Positions 10,587 to 20,105 of a DNA stretch of 64,000 bases are shown piece by piece. Positions within the stretch are counted from its first letter, which is position 1; every line of letters begins with the position of its first letter. The notes beneath the pieces were generated by a model, which had not been told where the DNA came from, did not search any database, and saw only the letters and a program-made list of their open reading frames with translations. Where the stretch lies: contig CAYHXC010000004.1 in assembly GCA_964360585.1 (NCBI GenBank), forward strand, positions 15,366 through 79,365, written 5' to 3'. This DNA comes from an uncultured Candidatus Saccharibacteria bacterium. GTDB lineage: Bacteria > Patescibacteriota > Minisyncoccia > UBA6257 > 2-01-FULL-56-20. The translations under genes and the position numbers were made by a program.

Positions 10587-10712
10587 GACAAATTCGAAGT
10601 CCTAAATACGAAACTCGAAACAATAATCAATGCTCAAGTTTTCAAATATTTTTAAACTTTTAGAATTTTCTTTCAAGCGAATTGTTTCGGATTTCGAAAT
10701 TCGATTTTCGTG
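10587..10712. repeat. heptad-periodic (CGAAATT/CGAAACT) hairpin repeat; relatives at 39305-39428 and 51200-51236
   Basis: tandem CGAAA-like 7-mers followed by their inverted copies. Confidence 0.7.
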
Positions 10713-10723
10713 TTTCAGTAAAC

Positions 10724-11005
10724 AAAATAGCCTTTTATCTGGGGGCAATCCCGCAAGCGGGAGATCTTTTGCAAAATAAAATTGTTGCAAAAGGATAGAA
10801 TTACTTCGAGGAGAGATCTCGCCGAAGCCAGACCGTCCTAAGACTAAAAGGAATTCCCGCCTCCTTATATGAGGAAGGGGTTAGGGTTTAGGGAATAGGG
10901 GTTAGTAAATGCAAGATTGCATCCACTCTACCCCAAACCCTATCCGCTATACCCTTGTCTCATATAAGGAGGCCACCCCCAGATGAAAAGCTACTATTCA
11001 ATTGA
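10724..11005 (-). ncRNA. candidate structured non-coding RNA of unknown family
   Basis: enclosing stem 10728-10745/10976-10993, 15-bp stem GCCTCCTTATATGAG/CTCATATAAGGAGGC, further hairpins, no ORF, upstream consensus promoter. Confidence 0.6.
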
Positions 11006-11011
11006 TGCCCT

Positions 11012-11040
11012 ATTATATGCGATAAGTCAGCATTTGTCAA
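11012..11040 (-). promoter_or_regulatory. perfect sigma70 promoter
   Basis: minus strand TTGACA-17 nt-TATAAT. Confidence 0.85.
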
Positions 11041-11228
11041 GTGCCGGTTCCTCCCCAGTTTTGAGGAGAAACGACCTGTCCCGCCATAGCTTTAGCGGCG
11101 GCGGACAAGAATCAATAATGCCTTAGGTCAAAAAAGGAGTCAAGGCAAGTTCGGGATAACCTCTGTATAGGCAGTGGATAAGGCGTTTTCCGGTTATTTA
11201 TGAAAAGCGCATGTTAGAATGACATACT

Positions 11229-11795
11229 ATGGGATTTGATTCATTACCAAAGAATGAAGGAGATATTTCAGAGGCTGATTTAGAAGCACTGAGACAGGAA
11301 CTGGTTCCCATTTTTGATCCGCGATTTTCCACGGCTGGGCATGGGACGAATTTGGAGGCGGCTGAACAGGCCATTCAGGAAGGTTTGTATGCTCGGCAAG
11401 CTCCGAGTTTGGAAACAACTGCTCTGGGACTTGAGGATAATGATAAAGATTTAAAAAAGATTCTTGCATGGCCGCACGGAAAGCCGCAAGCCATTGTCAT
11501 CATTATGCTTCCACGAGACATGGAACGAACTTACGGTGGAGTGGGCCCCGAGGAACACTTGTGGGAAAGTTCTAATAACGAGTTGAATCCCTACCGCCTA
11601 CCGAAAAAATATATTAAGGGGTACATAAACATAGAAGAAAGAAAGTTAGTTCTCAATCCTGCCTTTGAAGAAAACCCAACGATGCCCCCTCCCATCCTCC
11701 ATAATGCTGACATTTCAAAAATAGGAAGAACCTCAGATACGCCAGTAGAAATTCCTAAGGCTAATTCAGGTGATTCTGGTGAGGACGTTTGGTAG
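11229..11795 (+). CDS. hypothetical protein
   Basis: 188-aa ORF. Confidence 0.6.
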   Translation: MGFDSLPKNEGDISEADLEALRQELVPIFDPRFSTAGHGTNLEAAEQAIQEGLYARQAPSLETTALGLEDNDKDLKKILAWPHGKPQAIVIIMLPRDMERTYGGVGPEEHLWESSNNELNPYRLPKKYIKGYINIEERKLVLNPAFEENPTMPPPILHNADISKIGRTSDTPVEIPKANSGDSGEDVW

Positions 11796-11808
11796 GCTTT
11801 TTTGTAAT

Positions 11809-12234
11809 TTAGCCCTCAGGGTTTATAGAAAGGAGTTGAGAAGACTTTTCAATCTCTTCTTGTGATAAATCTTCCCAAAGGTCGCTAATCTGTGTTTTTT
11901 TGTGGAGGGGGTCGTTCGCCTCTCGAGGATGGAGATGGAAGTGGAGATGGCTTACCTTTACACGTCCTTGCGGAATAAAAGGCCGATAGTTCTGCCGGAT
12001 ATCGCAACCAGGGGCTATGTGCTTCAAAGTTTTCTCTTCGAATTCAATTAATAACTCCATGATCTCTTTCCGTTCCGCTTCGGTGGTTTCTGATAATTTT
12101 TCCAGGTGTCGTTTGGGGATTACGAGTAGATGCCCGGACATGAGTCGGGGATTTGAAAGACAAACATAGGCCAGTGCGCCTTCTTTTAAAATCCGGGTTC
12201 TGGTGAGATCGAGATCACAGAATGGGCAGTCCAT
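11809..12234 (-). CDS. HIT family hydrolase
   Basis: DCPFC, GHLLVIPKRH, HLHFHLHPR histidine triad. Confidence 0.9.
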   Translation of the reverse strand: MDCPFCDLDLTRTRILKEGALAYVCLSNPRLMSGHLLVIPKRHLEKLSETTEAERKEIMELLIEFEEKTLKHIAPGCDIRQNYRPFIPQGRVKVSHLHFHLHPREANDPLHKKTQISDLWEDLSQEEIEKSSQLLSINPEG

Positions 12235-12317
12235 TTTTGGATGATACCATAAAGCCGATCCAAGTTTACAAAGACAGGAGAGAGTGTTATTTCTTGGAGT
12301 AGTAGGAAGGGATAGTC

Positions 12318-12632
12318 ATGGGAAAACAAGAACGTGTCTGTGGTAGTTGCACTGCCTGTTGTAAAACTCATCCTGTTTTCGAACTGTTCAAGCTTTGGAA
12401 CGCATGGTGCACAGAATGCCAGGTTGGCAGGGGCTGTCGTATTTACTCCAATCGTCCGAAAGGGTGTCAAGATTTTCAGTGCCAGTGGCTTATGGGATGG
12501 GGCAAGGATGATGAGCGGCCCGATCGGACAAAGTTAGTTCCCGACTTCATTGAGCTTGGAGAACTTGGGTTAACTCTTATGCTCCATGAAGTTACAGAAG
12601 GATCTCTCTTAAATGGCTTTGCGAGGAGATGC
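12318..12632 (+). pseudogene. 5' part of YkgJ-like CxxCxxCC cysteine-cluster gene interrupted by the island
   Basis: CGSCTACC...CRIYSNRPKGCQDFQCQW; continues in frame at 22513-22686 across the GGAGATGC repeat. Confidence 0.8.
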
Positions 12633-12844
12633 TGGTAATGACCTGCCGTGGCGAGAACTGTTCGGTGCTACACCTCTTTGAAGAGAGAATCCCGCAGCCA
12701 TACTTGAGTATTGGGGATTGGAATGCCTTCTTGGGCAAGCGTGTCCAGAGTAGTTGGAAGCTACCGATGCTTGACCGGGTTTTCACTGACTACCAAGAGG
12801 CGCTCCTTGCAGTGTTCAAGGGGATTTATGCTGGTCGTGCTTAG
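12629..12844 (+). pseudogene. 3' fragment of the island gene that starts at ~21186 (circularly permuted)
   Basis: ...DIRSLEM (ATG 22509-11) joins in frame to MLVMTCRGEN... (ATG 12629-31) within the repeat. Confidence 0.75.
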
Positions 12845-12848
12845 CCAA

Positions 12849-13520
12849 TCAAATCTCCACCCAATCTCGGAACTGCCCGATTGTCTTGGCGCCAAGGGTG
12901 TAGTGCCGCACTAGCGGGCAGCGGACCCAGTCGGCTTTTAACGGAAAGCGGGCATGGATATTGTGATAGACCGTCAGTCCGAGTTGGGGAGCGTCACCGT
13001 CCCAGAGGACGCCAATAGCACTAAGAGAGGTATTGGCGCTTGGTGTCACTCTCTTTTTGCCGCGTGGTGCGAAGTCGCGCTCCAGTACCGTTGGCGTCTG
13101 GCAGTTGGTAGCTATCGTAAAGGCCTCAAGACCGTACATAGCCGTCTTGATCGCGTAGGGGTCAGTATGGCGACATGTGAGCTTTGCCACGTTGTTGTAG
13201 AGAACGAGCAGCGTGGGCGATACTCCTTTTGCAAGAGTTCGCAGCTGGCGGGCTCCTTTATCAATTTTCTTTCGAGCGCGGTCGCCGGGTTCACCGCCAA
13301 AGACACCAGTTGACCCTCTTAGCTCCAGTTCCTCAATCAGCCGTTGCTCCTCGACTGTAGGATCGAACTGCTTGACCTCAGCGATCACTCGTTCGCCAGA
13401 CAAAACAAGTTCGTAGTCAGGACGCTCCTCTCCCTCATCTTCCGCGGTCTCAATGCGTCTCCAACGGACGTTGTTGCGGTCACAGAACTCCTCGAAGAGT
13501 TGTTCAGATTTGGTTGGCAT
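12849..13520 (-). CDS. hypothetical protein, PD-(D/E)XK nuclease-like
   Basis: SEQLFEEF...RPDYEL...IAEVKQ spacing. Confidence 0.6.
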   Translation of the reverse strand: MPTKSEQLFEEFCDRNNVRWRRIETAEDEGEERPDYELVLSGERVIAEVKQFDPTVEEQRLIEELELRGSTGVFGGEPGDRARKKIDKGARQLRTLAKGVSPTLLVLYNNVAKLTCRHTDPYAIKTAMYGLEAFTIATNCQTPTVLERDFAPRGKKRVTPSANTSLSAIGVLWDGDAPQLGLTVYHNIHARFPLKADWVRCPLVRHYTLGAKTIGQFRDWVEI

Positions 13521-14355
13521 GTTGACCGTGTGGCGCGGCGCCCCGCGAGTCTTTCGTGACCGCGAGAAACACTAGGCGTTCGTAGAATGCGAGTACCCAG
13601 GCCATGTGGTGAGGATGAGCTGGGTCAAATGTGTAGAATGCATACAGGAAGGCGGAGTCTCCGATGAAACGAGACTGCCCGTCGTTTAGGACCTGCTGCG
13701 TTATGGCCGCCACGCGATGGACGGTTTCTTCGCTGCGGATCGCTGGCGGATGAAAATGCACGATTTTCACCGAGATATCCTGCGGCAGGATCGTTCGCGT
13801 TTCATGGAAAAACAGCCCTCTGATTATTCTCTCCATAACGCGGTTCACACGCACATAGTCGACCTTATAGCCGACCTCCGTGCCCAGCAGGATGCCCGAG
13901 CGTGTCCATTGATCCACAAAGCGCAGACTCCCACTGAATGCCTTCCTAAAACCTGCCTTCCGCGCGTTACTCAAAGCCGAAAGGACGCTCTCGCGTGCAC
14001 GGAGCGCGACGGGATGTTCCCCCGCTTCTCGACTCAGGGTGAGAATCAGACAGAGGTACTCATCGTCCTTGGACGCGTTGCCATTGCACGTCCGGCACGC
14101 TGGCACACAGACCAAATCTCGTTGTGCGACCTTAGGCAGTGTGCACTGAGGCGGCAGATGATCGGCCGTCAACTGCGTGTTACCACCGCAGTAAACGCAC
14201 TGGTCGCTCAGCCAGCGCCGCCTGTAGTGCCTCCTCTTCCCCACGACCACCTCGTTGGTTAGAGAATACCATCCTCGAGAAGTCCAGCAAAGATCATCGG
14301 CCTTCTGGCGTGAGCGAGACCAGTCAGTCGGCCTTGCCAGACTTTCTGCGGTCAC
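13504..14355 (-). CDS. HNH-like endonuclease domain protein
   Basis: CVYCG...TADHLPP...VPACRTCN. Confidence 0.7.
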   Translation of the reverse strand: MTAESLARPTDWSRSRQKADDLCWTSRGWYSLTNEVVVGKRRHYRRRWLSDQCVYCGGNTQLTADHLPPQCTLPKVAQRDLVCVPACRTCNGNASKDDEYLCLILTLSREAGEHPVALRARESVLSALSNARKAGFRKAFSGSLRFVDQWTRSGILLGTEVGYKVDYVRVNRVMERIIRGLFFHETRTILPQDISVKIVHFHPPAIRSEETVHRVAAITQQVLNDGQSRFIGDSAFLYAFYTFDPAHPHHMAWVLAFYERLVFLAVTKDSRGAAPHGQHANQI

Positions 14356-15472
14356 GCGCCTCTACTGCCTGAATCAGTGAACGAAGATGTTCGTGCAACC
14401 GCTGCCTTTCCCCAGGAGACATGCTCGCTTCGTCTGCCGAACGTGGCCGCATGTGCCGCTCCCATAGTTTGCACGTGATCGAGTCCTCTTGGGGCGGCGG
14501 GTACCAACCATATTCCCCTTGTCGCTGCCGCCTTTGCTCGTCGCTTAGGCTCTGCCACTCAGCCGCCATCGCGCGGAGGTCCCGCTTTAGCTCTGTCGCT
14601 TGGACAAACTCTTGGTCCTCACGAAGGAAGAGCTTGGCTAGGTCGGCGTGCAGCTTGTCGCCAGAGACGAATGCCATGCAGAAGGGAAGGTAGAAGCAGT
14701 ACTCCAGATCGAGGCGGTTTGTCCGTCTGGTTCCGATCAGTCGGTCGCGGAGGGCGATGATGAAGGACAGCTCGACACGGAGGCAGTACGCTGCGTACGG
14801 TGCAAAGCGATCAAGGTAGGTAGCGCCTGACTCAACCCACCGCATCTTGATGGCATCCCGTGCGCTCGCCGGTAGGTCGTGCTCTTCGAGCAGCCATTCC
14901 AGCAAGGCCTGCTGGATGGTCAATTGCGCAAGGAGGTTATCCAAGGCCTCACGAACCTGGGTGAGGGAGGAACAGGACGGAATGACTAGGTACGCCCGTT
15001 TGAGGCGATCACGATGCACAGTAAGATCTATTTCCGCAGTCGTGCGTCGCCAACGACTTGCCAATGCCTCCTCTGCTTCCTCGAACATTCCATCCTGCCA
15101 TCGCATGATGGCCCAGCGCTCCGGTGGGGTATCGATGAAGACGCCTGCTTGACCGTCCGCGGTGTGAATAGGTTCGCCCCCGCCAACCACACAGCTCCCC
15201 TGCATTGGCACAAGATTGCCCAGTAACGACCCAGCGCAGAGGGTACGGTAGTCCGCATTGATGCCGGAGTCTCCCTCGCGGAGCTTCCGAGCGAGACGCA
15301 CTACTTCACCGGCCGAGAGCAACTGTGAACGTTCAATCTTCTTTAGGTCCGCGAGGATCTCCATGATTAGAATCGGGACGACGTTCACGTAGTAGTGCTT
15401 CTGAAGGAAGTCGATTTCCTCTCCAGAAAGCCCCTGCAGCGCTGACTTGTCCAGGATTACGATGGGACCCAT
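14324..15472 (-). CDS. hypothetical protein, possibly PIN-like
   Basis: long ORF; N-terminal IVILDKS and later DLEY...FVSGD acidic motifs. Confidence 0.6.
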   Translation of the reverse strand: MGPIVILDKSALQGLSGEEIDFLQKHYYVNVVPILIMEILADLKKIERSQLLSAGEVVRLARKLREGDSGINADYRTLCAGSLLGNLVPMQGSCVVGGGEPIHTADGQAGVFIDTPPERWAIMRWQDGMFEEAEEALASRWRRTTAEIDLTVHRDRLKRAYLVIPSCSSLTQVREALDNLLAQLTIQQALLEWLLEEHDLPASARDAIKMRWVESGATYLDRFAPYAAYCLRVELSFIIALRDRLIGTRRTNRLDLEYCFYLPFCMAFVSGDKLHADLAKLFLREDQEFVQATELKRDLRAMAAEWQSLSDEQRRQRQGEYGWYPPPQEDSITCKLWERHMRPRSADEASMSPGERQRLHEHLRSLIQAVEARDRRKSGKAD

Positions 15473-15636
15473 GGGCAGCGCCATGATAGCGCGCGGTGAC
15501 GCACATGGCAGCCCGTCACCGGCACCATGCATTTTGACTTTCGTCGAAGAAGCCACGGAGCTGAGACCTCGTCAGCGAACCGGAGATCGGCGCCGACAGT
15601 TGCCGGCGACGCGGCTTTCGCCGATGATGCTCTGCT

Positions 15637-16599
15637 ATGCGCGGCCACCAAACTAACAAGGCGCTGGAAAGAGAGCGCCAAGCCATCGTGGACTACATGG
15701 CAATGTCAGCCCCCGACGAACGCGCCGAAAGCTTGGAGAAGATTAAGTCCGAACTGGTTCTCGGTCGACAGATTGACGCGTGGGACGTCCACACCGACCG
15801 CGAGCGATGGTGGGTCCTGACGGCGCCGATCAACTTGTACAATCAGAAGCAGTTTCCAAGTCTCGACGTCGCCTTCTCGTTCCATGTTGGATTGATGGCT
15901 CGCGTGATGGAGCACGGCGATCGGACAGCCCGACCCGAGCAGGCCGCACGGTTCACGCGTGCGTGGCGCACTTGGGAGGGCGCTGCCAATGCTCTCGATG
16001 AGGCGGATGCGACAGAGGAGTTTCAGGCGATCGGGATGCGGTGCCGAGAGAGTCTTCTTGCGTTCGTGCGGGAAGTGGCAAAGGTTGCGCACATCGATGG
16101 CACGCCGCCCAAGGCGGCCGACTTCGTCGGCTGGTCTGACGTGTTGGCCAACACGATTGCCCCAAGCGACGGCGCCGAACGACGGCGTGGCTATTTGAAA
16201 GCGATCGCCAAATCGACCTGGGAGCTCGTGAACTGGCTCACTCACTCTTCGAGCGCTACCCGATACGACGCCCACTTCTGCATCGAGGCGACGGAGCACG
16301 CTCTTCGCACGTGGTCTCTGGCGATCCTGCGGCACGAAGTGGGGGTTCCCGAGCGTTGCCCGAACTGTAGCTCCTATCGACTGACCTCATGTTCTCACCC
16401 AATCGGAAAGGGAGTTGTCCAGCACTTCACTTCCTGCGACGTGTGCGACTGGCAAAGCGATCCTGAACACCGGCGTGCACACGGAGGCAAGGAAGAGTCG
16501 CACCACCGCCGAAAACGCAAGCCGACGACACCGTGCGTGTTCGTCGATGTCCCATTGGTAGGCAACCCACCGCCGCCTCCGACGAGGACACGTAGGTAG
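15637..16599 (+). CDS. hypothetical protein with C-terminal zinc ribbon
   Basis: 320-aa ORF, CPNC...CDVC. Confidence 0.65.
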   Translation: MRGHQTNKALERERQAIVDYMAMSAPDERAESLEKIKSELVLGRQIDAWDVHTDRERWWVLTAPINLYNQKQFPSLDVAFSFHVGLMARVMEHGDRTARPEQAARFTRAWRTWEGAANALDEADATEEFQAIGMRCRESLLAFVREVAKVAHIDGTPPKAADFVGWSDVLANTIAPSDGAERRRGYLKAIAKSTWELVNWLTHSSSATRYDAHFCIEATEHALRTWSLAILRHEVGVPERCPNCSSYRLTSCSHPIGKGVVQHFTSCDVCDWQSDPEHRRAHGGKEESHHRRKRKPTTPCVFVDVPLVGNPPPPPTRTRR

Positions 16600-16964
16600 C
16601 GCAGTCAAACATTGCTCGACAAGCTCCCCCACCGGAATGAAACCCGTTCCCATTAGTCAGCGCGGCAAGCTCGGTAACGCCGGCCGTGGATTCGGCCGCC
16701 GCGCGTACATTGCGCGGCTCCGCAAAGAGCTCAGGGACGGTTATCTCCGCGAGAATGAGACCAATCTTCAGCTTGCCAGCGAGTGGTTTCACCTCGATGA
16801 CGGGGCTGAACAAGACGTTGGACTGGGGATGAGCCCAGCATAGCCCAGGCGATCCACTCTTCCGAGCCGCAACGGTTGCCGTTTTTGCCTCGCGGCGTGC
16901 GGCCATGGCCGGGGCGGTGACGCTCAGGATTTGACGAATTGCGGTCAGTGAGTAGACTGAATTC

Positions 16965-17204
16965 ATGCCTCTCAATGTCACCAAGCAAACCGAGCAGGAG
17001 ATCGAAGAAAAGGTCCGTTCCGGCGGCTACCAGTCGGCCGATGAGCTCATCCAGGAAGGCCTGGCGCTGATCGAAGCGCGGGAAGCGTTCCGCCGAGCGG
17101 TCGCCGAAGGCCAGGCGGAGCTGGACCGCGGTGAGTACGTCACACGGGAAGAGTCGCGCCGGCGCATGGCCGAGCTCGCTGACCGTTACCGTCAGCGAGG
17201 ATGA
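16965..17204 (+). CDS. parD: ParD-like RHH antitoxin
   Basis: IEEKVRSGGYQSADELIQEGL motif; overlaps toxin start (ATGA). Confidence 0.85.
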   Translation: MPLNVTKQTEQEIEEKVRSGGYQSADELIQEGLALIEAREAFRRAVAEGQAELDRGEYVTREESRRRMAELADRYRQRG

Positions 17205-17497
17205 GCCAGGCGTATCGGCTCGCCCCCCGCGCCCAGGCCGACGTCGAAGACATCTTCCGCAAAATCGCTGACGACGACTTCGAGGCTGCTCTCCGCGTTG
17301 ACCGAGAAATCGACGAAGCCTGTCTCCTGCTCTCCACGCACCCCCAGATGGGTCACACGCGAGAAGATCTCGGCATTGGCGCGACGTATCGCGTCTGGCC
17401 GATCTACTCCTACTTGATCATCTACCGCCCCGACTCTGATCCCCTCGAGATCGTCCGCGTCTGGCACGGCGCCCAGAAGAAGCCGAGCCTATTCTAG
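17201..17497 (+). CDS. parE: RelE/ParE family toxin
   Basis: YRLAPRAQADVEDI...HPQMGHTREDL...YLIIYR...IVRVWHGAQ. Confidence 0.9.
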   Translation: MSQAYRLAPRAQADVEDIFRKIADDDFEAALRVDREIDEACLLLSTHPQMGHTREDLGIGATYRVWPIYSYLIIYRPDSDPLEIVRVWHGAQKKPSLF

Positions 17498-17626
17498 AGC
17501 ATCGTATCATCGCGACGGCCGTCGTTTCCGAACTGCAACGGTTGCGGTTTTCGCGGGATCATCAGGGAAAATCCGGGACTTTTGGGGACTCCGCTTCTTC
17601 GGCGGCGACCCCTCTGGAACCGTTGA

Positions 17627-18595
17627 ACCACAAGACTTTCCAGCGTTTTCTTCGCTCTCGATACCTTTGCACCCATCAACGCGGCTGCATACCAGATCGC
17701 TGGCTGGGGGTTATCGACCACACGTGGTCTCTTCTATACGCGCTCGATCATTCGAGGGATCTTGGTTCAATCTAATATTGTCACGCCGGAAGGTGATGGT
17801 ACCGTTATTGTCACGAGCGCGGAGGCAATGAAGGGCGCGACCAAGACGTATTACTTTGATATTTTTAGCTATAACCGCGCTGTGGATGAAAGAATTGATC
17901 ACGGTACGATCCTTAGTGCAAAGCACGTACAGGATCAGATTGTGGCACTTCTGAAAGGAAACGAGGCTCCTACTCACACGACGATTACGAGGCTCAAGCC
18001 GACACGACAATCTGTTACCCGCAAGGTAACAGCGCAGTCCCCAGTCTTACTGCATCTCTTTGACAGTTCAGGTCGCCATACTGGGCCACTGGGTGCACTG
18101 GGCGCGGAGGAGCAGATTCCCAACAGTCGATACGATCGCGGAACCGGGATCCAAACACTCTATTTCGACGATGCGGACACCTACAGCGTACAAATCGTAG
18201 GGACAGGAAGTGGGGTGGTTCACTTGACAGTCGAAGAATTGCTTGGCGAGGCTCTCGTCGAGACGGTAACGTATTCCGGCATTCCGGTGACTCCGGTATC
18301 GACCGCTCAATTTGATTTTGCGACGATGGCGGACTCCCACCGAGTCCACGTGGACGCGAACGGTGACGGCCGTGTGGACTTCGTGAGCCGACCGGATTCA
18401 GAGATGCTGCGAGGAGACCTCGATGGAGATCGAGACGTTGATCTTGTCGACCTCGGGTACGTTTTGGCGGTCCGGAATACGTCCGCGGTGGGGACGCGAG
18501 ATCCTCGGGATTTAGACAGTGACGGCAGGATAACAACCCTCGACGGGCGAAAACTGCAATTGCTTTGCACACGAGCAAGGTGTGCTGCGAACTAG
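17627..18595 (+). pseudogene. N-terminally truncated LCAT/PGAP1-like alpha/beta hydrolase with C-terminal dockerin-like repeat
   Basis: open frame lacking an N-terminus: QIAGWGLST...GDGTV..SA...DHGTI; GDLDGDRDVDLVDL / DLDSDGRITTLD. Confidence 0.6.
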
Positions 18596-19071
18596 TATGC
18601 TATAATCCAATACATGAGAGTCAGTGCATCTCCAGAGAGGAGACGGACAGGCGTCGTTGTACTTGCAACGGGCTTGCTGTTCGCGGGATTGCTGATTTGG
18701 AAAGGCACCCACCTAGTTGCTGGTTGGATGAACGTGCCAAGCGAGCAAGAGTCGAGTCATTTCTCTGAGGATGTATCACAAGAGAACAGTGTGAGACCGA
18801 AGGGGCAGGAGAACATTCGACACTCTGATGCTGAAGGGCGTTACCACTACGTGATTGTTGAGAGTAGCGTGCTAGAGCGGGACAACTTATCAGAGTCCCC
18901 AGTCTTACTGCATCTCTTTGACAGTTCAGGTCGCCATACTGGGCCACTGGGTGCACTGGGCGCGGAGGAGCAGATTCCCAACAGTCGATACGATCGCGGA
19001 ACCGGGATCCAAACACTCTATTTCGACGATGCGGACACCTACAGCGTACAAATCGTAGGGACAGGAAGTGG
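18036..19071 (+). repeat. identical 178-bp direct repeat (18036-18213 and 18894-19071)
   Basis: base-by-base identical by eye; encodes SPVLLHLFDSSGRHTG...VGTGSG in two adjacent genes. Confidence 0.9.
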
Positions 19072-19300
19072 CGAGTTTGCGGTACGGATAGGAGCCTTTG
19101 TCGTGAGTGGATCGGAAGAGAGGTTGGTCGCTCCTTTGATATTTCCGGTTCCAATAGTTAGCACAGCGGACCTACGCGCACAGATGACTATCATCGAACG
19201 CATTGATCAACGAACGAAACTTGAGATTGACGTTGATGGAGACGGAGTGGTGGATGAGAGGCTGCAAAGTCGTCCTGATGCAAACAGGGAGAACATTTGA
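18614..19300 (+). CDS. membrane-anchored protein sharing a domain with the upstream gene
   Basis: N-terminal TM, duplicated segment, DVDGDGVVD. Confidence 0.7.
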   Translation: MRVSASPERRRTGVVVLATGLLFAGLLIWKGTHLVAGWMNVPSEQESSHFSEDVSQENSVRPKGQENIRHSDAEGRYHYVIVESSVLERDNLSESPVLLHLFDSSGRHTGPLGALGAEEQIPNSRYDRGTGIQTLYFDDADTYSVQIVGTGSGEFAVRIGAFVVSGSEERLVAPLIFPVPIVSTADLRAQMTIIERIDQRTKLEIDVDGDGVVDERLQSRPDANRENI

Positions 19301-19302
19301 CC

Positions 19303-19902
19303 TCACTTGGTGCCGCCTTGAATTTTTCGTGCAACTCCAAGGCAAAGAAGGGCTGCCAGAAGCAGTTGTAGCGTATCCGGAAGTGGGACAGCCCTTACGG
19401 ACCCGTTCGACACGGTGGCTGTTAAGGGATCTCCGAACGAATCTCCCAGCGCATTGACCGACAGGTCCAACGAACTCTTCCCGGGCGACCCGGAGAGGAA
19501 CGTGATTGTCGCTAGCGTGAAGCTGCCCGCTTGCAGCTCGTCAAGATCGAGCGGATCGTCAAACGAAAGCTCGAACAGGTTCAGCAGTCCAGGAACACTG
19601 CCATCAAAGGATGTAAGGCTACCCAACCCGAAGAGGTCTAGCTGATCGCCGAGCAGCGAATCCCCAAAGATAACGTTCGCGAAGGTCACGACGGTGGGAT
19701 CAAAAAATATGTCGACGTCGAAGGTGCTCAAAGAAGGCGCCACAGCATCGCCGAGACCGGATATCGTCAAGTCGACGCTAACCATGGCCCCTGAGCTGAC
19801 CACTTGCACAGAAGGATTAAGCCCGAGGATTGGAGTGCCGTTGGCACGTGTGGCCAACAGGACGATGGCCACAATTGTGCGCACAAAGACGCGGTGCATC
19901 AT
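19303..19902 (-). CDS. cohesin-like domain protein with PEP-CTERM/VPLP-type sorting signal
   Basis: signal peptide; C-terminal VPLPDT + hydrophobic helix + basic tail. Confidence 0.75.
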   Translation of the reverse strand: MMHRVFVRTIVAIVLLATRANGTPILGLNPSVQVVSSGAMVSVDLTISGLGDAVAPSLSTFDVDIFFDPTVVTFANVIFGDSLLGDQLDLFGLGSLTSFDGSVPGLLNLFELSFDDPLDLDELQAGSFTLATITFLSGSPGKSSLDLSVNALGDSFGDPLTATVSNGSVRAVPLPDTLQLLLAALLCLGVARKIQGGTK

Positions 19903-20050
19903 TATCCCCCCTGCCGATGCGTTACAGCCGTGTTGATTTGCTATCAATGACAGCCTCACCCACTCCAAGCATTTTTGTCAAACGATGAAATTGCGTCCGG
20001 CTCAGGCCGGATTTTCGCTTTACTTTCGTTTATCCGGTGGTATCATGAAT

Positions 20051-20078
20051 CTCGAACCTAATCGCCCTTATGTTCGGA
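20051..20078. other. dif-like 11-6-11 tyrosine recombinase site
   Basis: CTCGAACCTAA-TCGCCC-TTATGTTCGGA; extra arm CCCGAACATAA at 20139-20149. Confidence 0.6.
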
Positions 20079-20105
20079 ATAACGGGGTGGTGTGGTGCTG
20101 TGGAC

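Noticed and set aside
10724-11005. RNase P RNA, tmRNA, SRP RNA or retron msr-msd
   Set aside because: Diagnostic motifs not seen and no adjacent reverse transcriptase; left as unknown.
18036-19071. Diversity-generating retroelement TR/VR pair
   Set aside because: Copies are identical with no adenine-specific differences, and no reverse transcriptase is in the window.
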